Shown here one piece after another: positions 61,543 to 64,000 of a stretch of 64,000 nt of DNA. The stretch comes from Eledone cirrhosa (lineage: Eukaryota). Under the pieces are notes generated by a model that was not told where the DNA came from, did no database searches, and was given only the letters and a program-made list of their open reading frames with translations. The first letter of the stretch is position 1. Each line of letters opens with the position of its first letter. Position numbers and translations under genes: made by a program. The stretch covers positions 226,424,001 to 226,488,000 of the forward strand of contig OZ024742.1 of the NCBI GenBank assembly GCA_964016885.1, read 5' to 3'.

Positions 61543-64000
61543 TAGTTGGTGGTGGTGTTAGTACTGTTACAGTAGGTGGTGTTACTGCTGTATTTGGTAG
61601 TGGTGTTGGTACTGTTACAGTAGGTGGTGTTACTGCTGTAGTTGGTGGTGGTCTTAGTACTGTTACAGTAGGTGGTGTTACTGCTGTAGTTGGTGGTGGT
61701 GTTAGTACTGTTAGAGTAGGTGGTGTTACTGCTGTAGTTGGTGGTGGAGTTAGTACTGTTACAGTAGGTGGTGTTACTGCTGTAGTTGCAAGTGGTGTTA
61801 CTACTGTTACAGTAGGTGGTGTTACTGCTGTATTTGGTAGTGGTGTTACTACTGTTACAGTAGGTGGTGTTACTGCTCTAGTTGGTGGTGGTGTTAGTTA
61901 GTTACAGTAGGTGGTGTTACTGCTGTAGTTGGTGGTGGTGTTAGTACTGTTACAGTAGGTTGTGTTACTGCTGTAGTTGGTAGTGGTGTTACTACTGTTA
62001 CAGTAGTTGCTGTTACTGCCGTAGATGGTGGTGGTGTTAGTACTGTTAGAGTAGGTGGTGTTACTGCTGTAGTTGGTGGTGGTGTTAGTACTGTTACAGT
62101 AGGTGGTGTTACTGCTGTAGTTGGTGGTGGTGTTAGTACTGTTACAGTAGGTGGTGATACTGCTGTAGTTTGTAGTGGTGTTAGTACTGTTACAGTAGTT
62201 GGTGTTACTGCTGTAGTTGGTGGTGGTGTTAGTACTGTTACAGTAGGTGGTGTTACTGCTCTAGTTGGTGGTGGTGTTAGTACTGTTACAGTAGGTGGTG
62301 TTACTGCTGTAGTTAGTAGTGGTGTTACTACTGTTACAGTAGGTGGTGTTACTGGAGTAGTTGGTAGTGGTGTTACTACTCTTACAGTAGGTGGTGTTAC
62401 TGCTGTATTTGGTAGTGGTGTTACTACTGTTACAGTAGGTGGTGTTACTGCTCTAGTTGGTGGTGGTGTTAGTTAGTTACAGTAGGTGGTGTTACTGCTG
62501 TAGTTGGTGGTGGTGTTAGTACTGTTACAGTAGGTGGTGTTACTGCTGTTGTTGGTGGTGGTGTTAGTACTGTTACAGTAGGTGGTGTTAATGCTGTAGT
62601 TGGTGGTGGTGTTAGTACTGTTACAGTAGGTGGTGTTACTGCTGTAGTTGGTGTTGGGGTTAGTACTGTTACAGTAGGTGGTGTTACTGCTGTAGTTGGT
62701 GGTGGTGTTAGTACTGTTACAGTAGGTGGTGTTACTGCTGTATTTGGTAGTGGTGTTGGTACTGTTACAGTAGGTGGTGTTACTGCTGTAGTTGGTGGTG
62801 GTGTTAGTACTGTTACAGTAGGTGGTGTTACTGCTGTAGTTGGTGGTGGTGTTAGTACTGTTAGAGTAGGTGGTGTTAGTACTGTTAGAGTAGGTGTTGT
62901 TACTGCTGTAGTTGGTGGTGGTGTTAGTACCGTTACAGTAGGTGGTGTTACTGCTGTATTTGGTGGTGGTGTTATACTGTTACAGTAGGTGGTGCTACTG
63001 TTGTTGTTGGTGGGGGTGTTGTTTAGTTACAGTAGGTGGTGTTTCAGATGTAGTTAATAGTGGTGTTAGTACTGTTACAGTAGTTGGTGTTACTGCTGTA
63101 GTTTCTAGTGGTGTTAGTACTGTTACAGTAGTTGGTGTTACTGCTGTAGTTGGTGGTTGTGTTATTACTGTTACAGTAGGTAGTGTTACTGCTGTAGTTG
63201 GTGTTGGTGTTAGTACTGTTACCGAAGGTGGTGTTACTGCTGTAGTTGGTGGTGGTGTTAGTACTGTTACAGTAGGTGGTGTTACTGCTCTAGTTGGTGG
63301 TGGTGTTAGTACTGTTACAGTAGGTGGTGTTACTGCTGTAGTTGGTGGTGGTGTTAGTACTGTTACAGTAGGTTGTGTTACTGCTGTAGTTGGTAGTGGT
63401 GTTACTACCGTTACAGTAGGTGGTGTTACTGCTGTAGTTGGTGGTGGTGTTAGTACTGTTACAGTAGGTGGTGTTACTGCTGTAGTTGGTGGTGGTGTTA
63501 GTACTGTTACAGTAGGTGGTGTTACTGCTGTAGTTGGTAGTGGTGTTACAACTGTTACAGTAGTTGGTGTTACTGCTGTAGTTGGTGGTGGTGTTAGTAC
63601 TTTTAGAGTATGTGGTGTTACTGCTGTAGTTGGTGGCAGTGTTAGTACTGTTACAGTAGGTGGTGTTACTGCTGTAGTTGGTGGTGGTGTTAGTACTGTT
63701 ACAGTAGGTGGTGTTACTGCTGTAGTTGGTGGTGGTGTTATTATTGTTACAGTAGGTGGTGTTACTGCTGGAGTTGGTAGTGGTGTTACTACTCTTACAG
63801 TAGGTGGTGTTACTGCTGTATTTGGTAGTGGTGTTACTACTGTTACAGTAGGTGGTGTTACTGCTCTAGTTGGTGGTGGTGTTAGTTAGTTACAGTAGGT
63901 GGTGTTACTGCTGTAGTTGGTGGTGGTGTTAGTACTGTTACAGTAGGTGGTGTTACTGCTGTTGTTGGTGGTGGTGTTAGTACTGTTACAGTAGGTGGTG

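Larger units (their letters stand above)
1928..64000. repeat. 48-bp satellite array, consensus GTTAGTACTGTTACAGTAGGTGGTGTTACTGCTGTAGTTGGTGGTGGT, roughly 1,300 head-to-tail copies in one orientation; open at the right window edge
   Basis: Seen directly throughout. The 16-aa periodicity of the ORF track (VSTVTVGGVTAVVGGG on +, LTPPPTTAVTPPTVTV on -) matches a 48-bp period. Copy number is an estimate (62 kb / 48 bp). The consensus has one ScaI site (AGTACT). I saw no inversion or unique insertion. Confidence 0.98.

Noticed and set aside
1898-63889. Plus-strand Val/Gly/Thr-rich ORFs (up to 856 aa)
   Set aside because: They are translations of the stop-free 48-bp monomer. Starts are chance GTG/TTG codons and ends are the recurrent 47-bp frameshift variant. 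There are no unique domains or translation signals.
1928-64000. CRISPR-like array (palindromic repeat at a regular period)
   Set aside because: The sequence between palindromes is the same 24-bp half-monomer each time, not unique spacers. There is no leader or cas gene.
1-64000. Near absence of CpG as evidence of methylation-driven decay
   Set aside because: Neither consensus contains CpG and C is rare on this strand, so the scarcity is uninformative.
1928-64000. Variant order as an information-storing code or diversity-generating cassette system
   Set aside because: The variant patterns are explained by nested duplications and exchange between half-monomers. No recombinase, reverse transcriptase or expression locus is present in the window.

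Overview
The whole window is tandemly repeated satellite/minisatellite DNA with a G+T-rich, C-poor + strand. I see no unique sequence and no supportable gene, RNA gene, mobile element or CRISPR array. Positions 1-1927 hold a ~32-bp repeat (GTAGTGTAGTAGTGGTAGTT(GGT)n, n mostly 3-4) that degenerates towards its right edge. From 1928 to the window end is a head-to-tail array of roughly 1,300 copies of a 48-bp monomer (GTTAGTACTGTTACAGTAGGTGGT GTTACTGCTGTAGTTGGTGGTGGT). The monomer is two related 24-bp halves and carries a 13-bp interrupted palindrome (TACTGT-T-ACAGTA). All listed ORFs are best explained by the stop-free triplet structure of the monomer; amplified 47-bp frameshift variants break them repeatedly. 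The informative signal is in the variant monomers, which reveal regional sub-domains, short higher-order repeats (144 and 192 bp) and recent kilobase-scale duplications (offsets about 1390, 1432, 2087, 2820, 3386 and 4460 bp). A eukaryotic origin is an inference from array size and type. I cannot support a new gene-based system; the findings concern satellite structure and evolution. Offsets were read by eye from diagnostic variants, so boundaries are approximate.
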